Origin: Candidatus Uhrbacteria bacterium
GTDB taxonomy: Bacteria; Patescibacteriota; Patescibacteriia; UBA9934; GWF2-40-263
DNA: 64,000 nucleotides
Direction: 5' to 3'
NCBI GenBank assembly: GCA_023246355.1
Contig: JAHFIQ010000003.1
Span: 13,968-77,967, forward strand
Below, piece after piece: positions 49,739 through 59,484 of the stretch (positions within the stretch are counted from its first letter, which is position 1; the number at the start of each line of letters is the position of its first letter). The position numbers were made by a program, and so were the translations under genes. The notes beneath the pieces are model-generated. The model was not told the DNA's origin, did not search any database, and worked only from the letters and a program-made list of their open reading frames with translations.

Positions 49739-50682
49739 AGATCGTTTTTTTTGGAACCCCGGAGTTCTCAATCCCCTTTCTTCAAGCTCTCATCGACGAT
49801 CCTGAAACGGAAATCGTTGGTGTTGTGACTCAACCAGACAAACCGGTTGGACGCGGGGGTGAGGTGCAGGCATCGCCTGTGAAAACCCTTGCCCTTTCAC
49901 ACCACCTCCAGGTTTTCACGCCAACGTCTTTAAAAACGGATCCGAAGATTTTAGACGCGCTCCGATATTTGAACGCTGATCTCTTTGTCGTGGTCGCGTA
50001 CGGTAAACTCATTCCGCAATCCATTCTGGATATTCCTCCACACGGCGTGATCAATGTTCATCCATCTCTGTTGCCGGCGTATCGTGGGCCTTCTCCCATG
50101 CAGTGGGCGATAGCGCAGGGCGATGTGTTTACCGGTGTGACGATCATGCTGTTAGATGCTGGTATGGATACCGGACCAATTCTTTCGTTTGAGCGAATCG
50201 ATCTAGGTGCGGAGGAAACGTACACAACCCTCTCACAAAAAGTTGAAACAACCGGATCGCGACTGCTTCTTTCCACACTCAAGCGTCACATGGCAGGTGA
50301 AATCATTCCCCTCCTTCAGGACAACACCAAAGCCACGATCACAAGACTCCTCGATCGCGAAGATGGCCACGTCAGCTGGTCAGAACCGATGGAAGTAACC
50401 GAGCGCAAATCTCGTGCCTACGGTGAGTGGCCTGGGTTGTGGTCGATCTGGCAGAGAAGTCCAGACGAACAGATTCGCCTTAAACTTTTGTCTGTTCGCC
50501 CGTCTGATTTTCATGCTGAGCTGTCTCCAGGATCGGTTACGGTCAAAGATGGTCGTCTGTTCGTCGATTGCGGAAATGGGACACTGGAGATTCTGGAGAT
50601 TCAACCAGAGGGAAAAGCAAAAATGAGCGCAAAGGCTTTCCTTCAGGGGAACCGAGAGATTCAGAATGCTCGTCTGGCCTAA
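49735..50682 (+). CDS. fmt: Methionyl-tRNA formyltransferase
   Basis: FFGTPEF, VTQPDKP, NVHPSLLP, MDTG. Confidence 0.96.
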   Translation: MKIVFFGTPEFSIPFLQALIDDPETEIVGVVTQPDKPVGRGGEVQASPVKTLALSHHLQVFTPTSLKTDPKILDALRYLNADLFVVVAYGKLIPQSILDIPPHGVINVHPSLLPAYRGPSPMQWAIAQGDVFTGVTIMLLDAGMDTGPILSFERIDLGAEETYTTLSQKVETTGSRLLLSTLKRHMAGEIIPLLQDNTKATITRLLDREDGHVSWSEPMEVTERKSRAYGEWPGLWSIWQRSPDEQIRLKLLSVRPSDFHAELSPGSVTVKDGRLFVDCGNGTLEILEIQPEGKAKMSAKAFLQGNREIQNARLA

Positions 50683-50775
50683 AATCATAAAAAAACAGCC
50701 GCAACGGTAGACAAATGGACCCTCGCTACGGCGGCGGTCCTTTTCAATTGGTGAATGAAATTTCGTCTCTTGTAG

Positions 50776-50814
50776 ATGTCTACGACTTTTCGTACGTACG
50801 AAATTTTGTTGTCA
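50776..50814. repeat. Palindromic site, copy A (contains the stop codon of the PaaX/Cas2-like gene)
   Basis: ATGTCTACGACTTTT-CGTACGTACG-AAATTTTGTTGTCA. Confidence 0.85.
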
Positions 50815-51348
50815 TTGCCTTTTCGCAAGATACACCTCAACCCAATCTTTTATCTTTGCCATTCGCACGAACTCCTTTACCTCCCTGACAACATCTTTAT
50901 CTGTTTCCCAAACACTGTGCTGTACCTGTGAAAACCCAATTCGCTTCAAAAAATATCGAAGAGCATCTCGACCCAGGTTTCCCACTCTTGGAACATCATA
51001 CATAACAAGGCACACTTTTCCATCTGAAAGCATCTCTTTTTCCAAGACAATACGTTTCATAAGCTCCACCCGTCCCTCACCAGATAATTCATACAGCAAG
51101 CCTTCTTGGGTTTTTTTCGTCCTGATCAGATTCTTGCAGCGCAAATAGCTAACTCTTTTTTGAAATGCTCGCCGCTCCTCAAGACGGATTTCTGCCAGAC
51201 GATCTTCAGGATCAAGCCGATAAGGTTTATGGCTCGCCCACACCTCAAACATTTCACCTGCCTCGACGGCAGCATCCTCCAACAGACGCAACAATCGTGT
51301 AGTAGCTTCTCTCCCTTTCGACGCTCTGTTGCTTTGTTTCTTTTTCAC
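50812..51348 (-). CDS. PaaX-like protein: winged HTH plus Cas2-like ferredoxin-fold domain
   Basis: wHTH wing YLRCKNLI...YELSGEG; CLVMYDVP...RDALRYFLKRIGFSQVQHSVW (Cas2/PaaX central domain); no cas1 or CRISPR array nearby. Confidence 0.85.
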   Translation of the reverse strand: MKKKQSNRASKGREATTRLLRLLEDAAVEAGEMFEVWASHKPYRLDPEDRLAEIRLEERRAFQKRVSYLRCKNLIRTKKTQEGLLYELSGEGRVELMKRIVLEKEMLSDGKVCLVMYDVPRVGNLGRDALRYFLKRIGFSQVQHSVWETDKDVVREVKEFVRMAKIKDWVEVYLAKRQ

Positions 51349-51387
51349 ATGTCTACATTATTCCGTACGTACGAAAATCTGTCGACA
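51349..51387. repeat. Palindromic site, copy B (abuts the start codon and overlaps the putative promoter)
   Basis: ATGTCTACATTATTC-CGTACGTACG-AAAATCTGTCGACA; minus strand reads TCGACA-17-AATAAT. Confidence 0.85.
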
Positions 51388-51426
51388 GTATGGGTCCGAC
51401 AAAATGCAAACGAAACGTTCTTTAGC

Positions 51427-52953
51427 TCATGATACGTTGATGTCACTCGTCAGCACGGAAACCTGCTGTCTGCCAAGATTCAATGGAACAGAAACCCCAA
51501 CCACAGCCTCGGCTGGTTTTTTGGTTGGGAGGAACGGGACAAGGAATAATAGATAGCCAAGCCCGATGGGATGATTCAGATAGGGCGAGAAAAAGTGCGT
51601 GGCAAAGATAAACACCAGGCCGCTCATGAGACCAAATCCAAGCCAGGCCTGTTCAGTCCAACGGTAAGCCCACAGGCGTTTGAGGAGCTCCCAGGCAGCG
51701 TACAGGAACGCAGCAGGGCCGAGGATCCCCATTTTGATCCACAGCTCAAACCAACCCCATTCCATGGAAGACGTCGTCCACGTTCCATCGGGGTGAATTT
51801 CCCGCACACGTGGATCGTCTGTGACGAATGTGACAGAGGCACCGAATCCGTGACCGGTAAGTGGACGTTCAAAAATTTTGTTGACCATGGGCGTCAGCAA
51901 TTTCCATCGACTTGATATGGCTACGTCATCTGAGTCTGTGGTTCGTTCTTTCAGGGTGAGCGCAAGATCGGATCCTGTGAGGTCCTGTGAGGGAACAGAA
52001 CATAGGATCACCAGAGCAATCAGAAAGATCGATACGATCCCGACGGACAACGCTGAACCGACAAATTTGAACGATTGTTTCAGCGTCGGCCGCAATTGTC
52101 GCCAAAGGAGGATCAAAAGAAACAGCACTGTTGGAACAAGTCCAACCCAAAAGCTGCGTGAGAGGGCCAGAATGATCGTTGAAATGATAAGGCTCCCAAG
52201 CAGCATCAAACGGCGATCACGCTTGAAAACCAGAAACGACGTCAGCAACAATCCAAAAATGATCACAAAAACCTGCGACTGAATGAAGACGCGATAGACT
52301 CCATGCCCCAGGCTGGTAATCTCGGCCACACGAAGGTCGCGAAAAAAATAATACGTCGCCTGCAGGACACTCTCTCCAAAGTGAGTGAAGATATACAGCA
52401 GGATAAGCGACAAAGACGAAATCCAAATCGCTCCGGCAGCGAGAACTTGAATCAGCTCACCACGTCGAGTCATGTTCCAATCAACACTCAATATTGGAAG
52501 CAGATAAAACAAATACAAATAGGCGTTTCCATCCCCGAAGACCACGGCAGGATCACGACTGAGAACCCCAACGATCAGGCCAAGGGTCGCAGCAAGAATG
52601 AGGAGATAATAAATTTTCGCGATCTCTCCTTTGTGCTCAAGCCAATACTTTTTGGTGAGCACGCCCATCCCCCACCCCAGCATCACACCAACAAAAATGG
52701 CCATGCGCAGCGTGAGCGAAAAACCGCCGACGATGTGAGTGAGCAAAACGCCATGTGGATTTGAAAACAGTTCGATGAAGACCAGAAGCAGGGCGTGATC
52801 CAAGCGTTTGTACGCAAGGATTGAGCTTCCTGCAACAAGTCCCAACAGGATCATACCGTCCACGTCTGAGTCATACCCAACAAGCGCGAGTCCATACAAG
52901 ATCGCCATCACAGCGATGGCTCTCCAGAATGTCGATCCGAAAAATTGACTCAT
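51427..52953 (-). CDS. O-antigen ligase/polymerase-like membrane protein
   Basis: Many TM segments, LSRSFW, SRW, PLTGHGFG, KMGILG. Confidence 0.8.
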   Translation of the reverse strand: MSQFFGSTFWRAIAVMAILYGLALVGYDSDVDGMILLGLVAGSSILAYKRLDHALLLVFIELFSNPHGVLLTHIVGGFSLTLRMAIFVGVMLGWGMGVLTKKYWLEHKGEIAKIYYLLILAATLGLIVGVLSRDPAVVFGDGNAYLYLFYLLPILSVDWNMTRRGELIQVLAAGAIWISSLSLILLYIFTHFGESVLQATYYFFRDLRVAEITSLGHGVYRVFIQSQVFVIIFGLLLTSFLVFKRDRRLMLLGSLIISTIILALSRSFWVGLVPTVLFLLILLWRQLRPTLKQSFKFVGSALSVGIVSIFLIALVILCSVPSQDLTGSDLALTLKERTTDSDDVAISSRWKLLTPMVNKIFERPLTGHGFGASVTFVTDDPRVREIHPDGTWTTSSMEWGWFELWIKMGILGPAAFLYAAWELLKRLWAYRWTEQAWLGFGLMSGLVFIFATHFFSPYLNHPIGLGYLLFLVPFLPTKKPAEAVVGVSVPLNLGRQQVSVLTSDINVS

Positions 52954-53657
52954 AGGTGATGTTTTTCCTCAATGATTCTTCGAGCCTCTTCAAACGCCTT
53001 CACTGCCTTTGGTGTCCATCCAAGTCTCTTCCACGGAATCCGATACATAAACGACGGCAGCCACTGTGAGATTCCGCGTCGTCCGTGATCCTGCTGTACG
53101 GTGAACAGAAAGGCATCAACAAAAATGCCTGTATGTCCTTGCTCTAACATCGTAAGCCATAGGTCCCAATCCTGAAAACGTTTGAGAGACACATCGAATC
53201 CCGGAAAATGCTCGCGTCGAATGAGTGACATCGTGTTCACATAGTTATTCTCTCGCAGAGCGACTGGATCAAATAGTCGTGAGGCAAATCGTTTTCGTCC
53301 CCAGAAAAAGCTTGAATACGCATACGAAGCCTCAGGATGAATTTCAAGAGTCTTCTCAAGCTCTGCAAGCATCGTCGGCTCAGCCACAACATCAGCGTCA
53401 CAAAAAAGCAAGAACGAGCCTGTTGATCTGGCAAAGCCAGCCATACGAGCAGCTGGCGCGCCTTCATTATCCTGATAATCAATATACGTGATCTCATCAA
53501 GATACGGTACAAGCCGTTTGTACGTGTCGTCTGTTGATCCATTGTTGACGACGATGATTTCATCGGGCTTTCGCGTCTGCTCAAACAAGGAATGAAGACA
53601 ATCGACGATCGTCTTGCCATGTTGATACGTCGGAATGATAACCGAGATCCCTGTCAT
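52950..53657 (-). CDS. Glycosyltransferase family 2
   Basis: ISVIIPTY, NNGSTD, FCDAD, QDWDLWL. Confidence 0.93.
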   Translation of the reverse strand: MTGISVIIPTYQHGKTIVDCLHSLFEQTRKPDEIIVVNNGSTDDTYKRLVPYLDEITYIDYQDNEGAPAARMAGFARSTGSFLLFCDADVVAEPTMLAELEKTLEIHPEASYAYSSFFWGRKRFASRLFDPVALRENNYVNTMSLIRREHFPGFDVSLKRFQDWDLWLTMLEQGHTGIFVDAFLFTVQQDHGRRGISQWLPSFMYRIPWKRLGWTPKAVKAFEEARRIIEEKHHL

Positions 53658-54745
53658 AGATACGGCTTCAATTTTCCAAACTGCTCCTCACACGTGAATT
53701 TCGCCGCGTGGTCGTAGGCACCCAGCCCAAGTTTGATTCGCAATTCTCTGTTGCGCGAAAGCTCGAGGATCGCTTGAGCAAGACCCTCCACGTTTTGATC
53801 TGGCAGTACAATCCCTGTCTCCTGGTCGATAACCGCTTCGGTCACACCTGTCACGTTTGTGGTGATGCTTGGAAGTGCGTACTGAGCTGCCTCAAGAAAC
53901 ACTAACCCAAATCCCTCCTTGTCAACGGGATCGTTTGCAACAGGCATCACAAAAACATCTGCGCTTGCATAGAACTGTCCCTTTGTCGCCTGATCAACCT
54001 GTCCGTGGAAACGCACAAGATCCTGGAGTCCAAGACCCGTGATCATTTCCTGAAGCGTCGTCTGCTCTGGTCCAGCCCCGACGATATCGTAGACGAAATT
54101 CTCAAGCAATCCTTGACGACGCAACAGAGACAAGGCGGTGAGCACCTGCGCATGGCCTTTACGTTTAATGAGTCGAGAAACGGTCAACAAATGAAACCGT
54201 CCGTCAGATGCCGGCTTGGTTGGCAGAGGCTGTGTGGGCAGGCAGGGGTAGATCACGAGCAATTCTTTCACTCCAAATACCTGTGCGACTTCTTGCGCTA
54301 GCGCCTGAGAATTTGCCACAACCACCCGAGCATTTTTGAGAACCTGTGTCGCCTGAGCCTTCTTTCGTGCCGAACGTTGTGCGAGGCGAATATCCATACC
54401 GTGCACGAACACAATGTACGGAATCTTTGTGTGTTTCATCGCGACCATGGCGGCCGTCCCAAATGGCAGCACATGACTTGTCAAAATAAGTCGATAGCGA
54501 TCTTGGTAGCTTTTCAAGATCCTGACGGTTTTATACCAACGAGGGAAAACCCATCGGTAAAGAAGTGAGGATCGGTACACCGGATAGCCAGAGACAGGAT
54601 CAACAGACTGCCACGCGCTGTTTGGCTCTGTGAGAACCTCAATGTCATCCTTGAAAAAACTGGCAAGGAGACTGAGATAACGAGCCACGCCTCCTTCCAT
54701 GGGAGGAAAGTCTGGGGTAATGAGGAGCATTTTTTTTTCGTTCAT
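53654..54745 (-). CDS. Glycosyltransferase family 4
   Basis: FPPMEGGV, VSRLIKRKG, EGFGLVFLEA. Confidence 0.93.
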   Translation of the reverse strand: MNEKKMLLITPDFPPMEGGVARYLSLLASFFKDDIEVLTEPNSAWQSVDPVSGYPVYRSSLLYRWVFPRWYKTVRILKSYQDRYRLILTSHVLPFGTAAMVAMKHTKIPYIVFVHGMDIRLAQRSARKKAQATQVLKNARVVVANSQALAQEVAQVFGVKELLVIYPCLPTQPLPTKPASDGRFHLLTVSRLIKRKGHAQVLTALSLLRRQGLLENFVYDIVGAGPEQTTLQEMITGLGLQDLVRFHGQVDQATKGQFYASADVFVMPVANDPVDKEGFGLVFLEAAQYALPSITTNVTGVTEAVIDQETGIVLPDQNVEGLAQAILELSRNRELRIKLGLGAYDHAAKFTCEEQFGKLKPYL

Positions 54746-56181
54746 ACCAGTGGATGAACAGCCCTGAATAAAAATCGTAGATCATCCAGACGCAACGACT
54801 TCGTAAGAAACAGAGAGAGAAGATAGACGACACCTCCCATGGGAATCACCAGCATCCAACCTACGAATGGTTTAGCGAGCACAACGATCATCAACATCAA
54901 GCACCCCGAGAAAAAAATTGGCAGGAGCGTTCGTACGAGATGCGCGAGACGAAACGTTGGAATCAATCCTGGGACAAACGAGAGCCCAGCGAGAAACATA
55001 AAACTGAAGCAGACCAGAGCGGCCCAGACCGCGCCCATAATTCCAAGTTCAGGGATGAGCAAAAAATTCAGTCCGACGTTGATGAGCATGGTGACTCCCA
55101 TGATCGCTGTTTTTGTGGCCTGGCGACCAGAGGCGTTTAAGAGACTGCCAACAGGAAAATCTAAAAAAATCGGGATGAGGACAAAGATGAGCATCGAAAG
55201 CACAGCCGCCGCATCAGCATACCCAACGCCTGCGAGCTCAACGACCTCTGGAGCAAGAGCAGAGAGACCCAGTACGATCGGTGTGGAGAGAATCGCCATG
55301 TACCAGATGCCGCGCAAAAAAATTCTCTCCAGTGCAACAGGGTCACGTCCCACAACCGAACTCATTGAAGGATACAACGCTGCCGTGAAGGCCAGAGGAA
55401 GAAATTGAAATGCATAGGTAAACTTGTACGCAAGGGCGTAGATTCCTACGGCCGTGGTATCAAGAAATTTTGAAATCAGAATCGAATCAACGTAGGAATA
55501 GGTTTTAACAAACAGGGCAGCCAACGCAAAAGGAAATGCTGCAATGAGGAGCCGGCGACTTGAAAGAGCATCAAAGGTCGGGATAAGCACCTGCATGCCA
55601 AGTCGCCTGACTACATTGAAACCAGCGACAGACACGTTTACGATTGATCCTGCCATCAGCGCCACAATCAACAGCGGCAGGGACGGTGCTTTCCACAACA
55701 CAATCCCCCCAACGATCCCCGTGGCAAATTGTCCAAAAAAAACACCAAGAGATTCATAGCGCAGCTGCTGGAATCCGCGCAGCACGCCGTAGAACAAGAG
55801 ATGTAAGGCATCCAGTGATAACACAACACAGGCAAGAGCAATGAGATGCTGAAGATGATCACTGTAGCCAAGCACACGGCCCGTCATTACAGCACCTAGT
55901 GACGCAAGAACAAGAAGGGGAAGCTTGATGGCGAGGGCCTGCGAAAGCAGTTTGGCAGCGTTTGATGGTGCCTTTGCGACTTCGCGAATCACCACGGGCG
56001 TCACACCCAAATCTGCGACCACGGTAAAGATCACGGTGATCGAGACAGCGAGGAAATACTCCCCTGTTGCCTCAGGCAGCATCACTCTTGCCACAAACAA
56101 AAAGTAGACAAAAGCAATGATCTTTTGTCCAACGGATGCCAGTGTCAAAAAGGCCGTGTTTCGAGCTACATGTTCGGTCAC
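54742..56181 (-). CDS. wzx: Wzx-type flippase
   Basis: VARNT, ADLGV, DSILI, VGIYALAYK, LIPELGIMGA. Confidence 0.9.
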   Translation of the reverse strand: MTEHVARNTAFLTLASVGQKIIAFVYFLFVARVMLPEATGEYFLAVSITVIFTVVADLGVTPVVIREVAKAPSNAAKLLSQALAIKLPLLVLASLGAVMTGRVLGYSDHLQHLIALACVVLSLDALHLLFYGVLRGFQQLRYESLGVFFGQFATGIVGGIVLWKAPSLPLLIVALMAGSIVNVSVAGFNVVRRLGMQVLIPTFDALSSRRLLIAAFPFALAALFVKTYSYVDSILISKFLDTTAVGIYALAYKFTYAFQFLPLAFTAALYPSMSSVVGRDPVALERIFLRGIWYMAILSTPIVLGLSALAPEVVELAGVGYADAAAVLSMLIFVLIPIFLDFPVGSLLNASGRQATKTAIMGVTMLINVGLNFLLIPELGIMGAVWAALVCFSFMFLAGLSFVPGLIPTFRLAHLVRTLLPIFFSGCLMLMIVVLAKPFVGWMLVIPMGGVVYLLSLFLTKSLRLDDLRFLFRAVHPLV

Positions 56182-56215
56182 AGTGCGATCATTGTAGCGG
56201 AATCAGGGGAATTAT

Positions 56216-56239
56216 AAAACCCTGCGTTGAGAGCAGGGT
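56216..56239 (-). terminator. Terminator of the orphan gene
   Basis: Minus strand ACCCTGC-N7-GCAGGGT-TTT. Confidence 0.65.
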
Positions 56240-56244
56240 AGAAG

Positions 56245-57198
56245 CTAGAGCGCCCGTTCGAACAAGTCAGGACCGCTCCACCGACGCAACGACGACTTGC
56301 CATAGGCGGCGCGAACCGGGCTGCTGATCTGTACGACACGTGCCACATCGCGAAGTTGCTGGACCAATCCGTCACTGCTGCCAAAGCCTTCCTGCCAAAG
56401 CCTGAACAGGACGCTGTGCAGGTCCATGACCAGGGCCGCCTCCACGCCGGAGTAGATTTCCGATTGCGGATCCGACGGAGCCCAGACGTTGGTTGTGGAT
56501 GCCGGGGCACGACCCAGAGCTTGTTGGAGACGCGTTCTCAGAGATCGCGCGGTTGTTTGCGGACCGGACTGGATCGTGAGATCCCAGACAAGCTTTGCAA
56601 GCCGGAACTTCTCCTGGACGCCCTCATGTGCAGGTTCACATTGGTAGCCCATGGAAAGATACGCGGTGAAGCTTGCGCCGTTTTCAACACGCCCCCTGGG
56701 AAACAGGTTCACGGCTCGCATGCAGGCAGTGAAGAGCGTGTCTGCGATGGGTCCGGTTCTGACCAGCTTGATCAGGTCTGAGTGTGCGGGGAAAATCTCG
56801 ATCATCAGATCGACCTCTTCCTCTCCTGTTGCTGTATCGATCTCAAACCTCGTGATCGTGCCGCGCAAGGCGACAAGGCTTGGCGTCCAGCGCGCTGGCA
56901 CCACATCCCCGCAGGAGAGATCGACCCACGGGATGACCCGGGGGAACAGAACCCGTGAAGGAACGCGGTGGGTGACCAGTTGTACCACCCCTGCTTGCTG
57001 AGACTCTCTCAAGCCCTCAAGCTGAGGAAAGTCCACAAAGAGTTGTCGCCAATCCGCATGGCTCAGGCGATCGTCCTCTTCGTCGTTGATGGTGCTCTGT
57101 GCGTTGAGCAGATGAACAGCCGCTCCCCCGTGACTCCTCCCTTCTTTTGCAAGCGTTCGCGTCGTTGCCACACGGACACGACTTTGGTCCTCTCCCAT
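56245..57198 (-). CDS. GC-rich orphan, paralogue of its neighbour
   Basis: Start MGEDQ with SD GGAG (57205-57208); TTGACA at 57245-57250; shares motifs with 57283-58287. Confidence 0.7.
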   Translation of the reverse strand: MGEDQSRVRVATTRTLAKEGRSHGGAAVHLLNAQSTINDEEDDRLSHADWRQLFVDFPQLEGLRESQQAGVVQLVTHRVPSRVLFPRVIPWVDLSCGDVVPARWTPSLVALRGTITRFEIDTATGEEEVDLMIEIFPAHSDLIKLVRTGPIADTLFTACMRAVNLFPRGRVENGASFTAYLSMGYQCEPAHEGVQEKFRLAKLVWDLTIQSGPQTTARSLRTRLQQALGRAPASTTNVWAPSDPQSEIYSGVEAALVMDLHSVLFRLWQEGFGSSDGLVQQLRDVARVVQISSPVRAAYGKSSLRRWSGPDLFERAL

Positions 57199-57282
57199 GA
57201 ATAGCTCCAGAGTGCCCAGCCATCTAAACACAAGCTGTCGCCTCTGTCAATCTATCCTGACAAAGTTAAAAGCAGGTGAAGA

Positions 57283-58287
57283 TCACCTGCCGCGCCTGGG
57301 GAATTGAACAACATGTTCATCGCTGAGCTCGTCCAGAAGATCTGGCGCGCCCAGCATGGTGAGATTGCCAGCTTTGCGATTGGCCTGCATGAGTTCCTTG
57401 AGAGGTCCCACGCCAATGCGTGTGGCTTCTAGGCGCTCGAGTGGGTAGCCCTGACGACGAAGCTGTGCCGCGACCTTACCTTCGCGACCGCCATCACCGT
57501 CTTGAGCGAACGCAGCCTTCCAGAGGCTTTCCAAAACCGGCTGGAATTCGATTGCCACGATGTCGTCGATGGCCTCCTCGTGAGCACCGCCGCCTTCCCA
57601 AGGGTCGTCGTCAGGAATCACAGGGACATCAAGCAGATCTGGTTCCACCACTCGCGCCCACGGATACACCTGTCGACCCATGAGTACGAAAGGACCCGAG
57701 AACGGCCAGTGCGCGGCCTCGTATTTCACTCCTTCACGCAGGTTGTGGTTGAGTGCCCGCGCGGCTTGCTTGCGAAGGGCATCTGTCGAAGAGGCTCGCC
57801 AGTAGCAGACACGACCGAGGTCACGCGCGATCGCGAAGGTGATCTCGAGGTACGTCCCCTCCGTTGCACGTAGGGGATGGAGCCCTTCATGGGCCTTCCT
57901 GATAGCCTCCAGCGCGTCGAACCGAGCCTCCACGGACTCAGGAAGCGGGGCCTCGAGTGGATCGAACTTCACGCGACCGGCCACATCTCGCTTCTCCCGC
58001 TTGGCGTGAAGCCGACGCAGGAGAGGCTCATCGAACGGAGAGATGATCACCTGCCAGCGCCAGCGATCGTCCATGCCTATGATGGACGGCGGCACTTTGT
58101 TGAAGGTCGTGCGCAGACCAATAGCTGCCGGGATCTCGAATCCACTACTCATACGCACAGTGGCAATCTTGTGCCTGCGTGCAAGATCCAGATCAGGCTT
58201 GATTTCTTTCCTTCCCTGCTCTCCTTTGAGCTGGGGGCTGAACGACACCTCCGCGAAGTGCTGCAGGGTCCTATCTTGAGCGGCCAT
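57283..58287 (-). CDS. GC-rich orphan, paralogue of its neighbour
   Basis: Perfect SD AGGAGGT (58292-58298); 334-aa ORF. Confidence 0.75.
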   Translation of the reverse strand: MAAQDRTLQHFAEVSFSPQLKGEQGRKEIKPDLDLARRHKIATVRMSSGFEIPAAIGLRTTFNKVPPSIIGMDDRWRWQVIISPFDEPLLRRLHAKREKRDVAGRVKFDPLEAPLPESVEARFDALEAIRKAHEGLHPLRATEGTYLEITFAIARDLGRVCYWRASSTDALRKQAARALNHNLREGVKYEAAHWPFSGPFVLMGRQVYPWARVVEPDLLDVPVIPDDDPWEGGGAHEEAIDDIVAIEFQPVLESLWKAAFAQDGDGGREGKVAAQLRRQGYPLERLEATRIGVGPLKELMQANRKAGNLTMLGAPDLLDELSDEHVVQFPRRGR

Positions 58288-58335
58288 ACCTACCTCCTAC
58301 CAGCCAGATTGAAGCACGAGAACCTGGGAAAGTCA

Positions 58336-58357
58336 AAGCCGGGCTTTTGCCCGGCTT
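58336..58357 (-). terminator. Terminator of the ribosomal operon
   Basis: AAGCCGGGC-AAAA-GCCCGGCTT. Confidence 0.75.
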
Positions 58358-58369
58358 GTATTTCTTCGA

Positions 58370-58774
58370 TTAACGTTTTGACCATTGAGGTGAGCGACGC
58401 GCAGATTTCTTTCCTGGTTTCTTACGCTCACGTCGGCGGGCATCTTGACTGAGAAAGCCGAGCTTTTTGAGCGCACTGCGAAATTCGGGATTGAACTCTA
58501 TGAGGCCACGGGCGATTCCCAGGCGGATACTATCAGCTTGACCGCGCACCCCACCACCAACGACATGGACCGTGACGTCAAAGCTGTCCTGTGTGCCAGT
58601 TTCTTTGAGGGGCGCCATCACCGATTCACGCAGAGTGATGAGTGGAAGATATTCGTTGAGGCCGCGTTCGTTGATGACGACTTTTCCTGATCCACCATGA
58701 TGCAACCGAACACGGGCTGTGGCAGCCTTGCGTCGCCCGAGTGATTCAATGTATTTGCCTGTCAGTGCAGCCAT
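58370..58774 (-). CDS. rpsI: 30S ribosomal protein S9
   Basis: GRRK, GGG..GQ, ERKKPG, QWSKR. Confidence 0.98.
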   Translation of the reverse strand: MAALTGKYIESLGRRKAATARVRLHHGGSGKVVINERGLNEYLPLITLRESVMAPLKETGTQDSFDVTVHVVGGGVRGQADSIRLGIARGLIEFNPEFRSALKKLGFLSQDARRRERKKPGKKSARRSPQWSKR

Positions 58775-58775
58775 A

Positions 58776-59132
58776 CTAATTTTTGATCGTCAAACGTTTT
58801 AGGCGTGGAGAACGCTGCTTGTTTTTTGGGAGCATGCGCGAAACAGCCTCTTTCAAAACCTTGGAAGGGTCGCTCGCCATCAGTCCTTTGAGAGTTCTCA
58901 TTTTCAAACCACTGGCGTAGGTCGTGTGTCGATAATAAATCTTTGCCTCTTTCACAGGATGGATTTTCATTTTTGAGGCGTTTGTCACCTGCACAAAATC
59001 ACCACCATCCACATTGGGGGCAAAGGAAGGCTTGTGTTTTCCGATGAGCAAAGCAACAACCGTGGTCGCCAAACGACCCGGAACCTTCCCTTCTGCATCA
59101 ATCGTGTGAATGTCGCGTTCTACGATTTTCAT
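58776..59132 (-). CDS. rplM: 50S ribosomal protein L13 (short)
   Basis: IDA, GRLA, GKHKP, MLPKN. Confidence 0.95.
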   Translation of the reverse strand: MKIVERDIHTIDAEGKVPGRLATTVVALLIGKHKPSFAPNVDGGDFVQVTNASKMKIHPVKEAKIYYRHTTYASGLKMRTLKGLMASDPSKVLKEAVSRMLPKNKQRSPRLKRLTIKN

Positions 59133-59479
59133 ACAAGTTCGATATGAACCATTTCAGCTGCATCGTTTTTTCGTGGACCAATTTTGCTGATGCGTGTGTA
59201 GCCGCCAGGACGCTGATCGTACCGAGGACCTAGGACTTCGATAATTTTTTTGACAGGATGATCTGTGTAGAACATCGACAACAGTTGACGACGTGAGGCA
59301 AGACTTGGCTTTTTTCCAACCGTGATGGCTTTCTCGACCAAGGATCTCACCGCCTTAGCTCGGGCCTGAGTGGTCTTGACTTTTTCGTGCAAAATAATAC
59401 TCGTGGCGAGATTGCGAAGCAAGGCCTCGCGCGGGGCTTTTTCTCGATCTAAAATTTTTCCTTTGTTGCGATGTCTCAT
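59129..59479 (-). CDS. rplQ: 50S ribosomal protein L17
   Basis: MRHR, RPGGYTRI. Confidence 0.97.
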   Translation of the reverse strand: MRHRNKGKILDREKAPREALLRNLATSIILHEKVKTTQARAKAVRSLVEKAITVGKKPSLASRRQLLSMFYTDHPVKKIIEVLGPRYDQRPGGYTRISKIGPRKNDAAEMVHIELV

Positions 59480-59484
59480 ACGTG

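Noticed and set aside
50812-51348. CRISPR-Cas locus suggested by the Cas2-like domain
   Set aside because: No cas1, other cas genes or repeat-spacer array; the palindromes number only three and bracket a gene.
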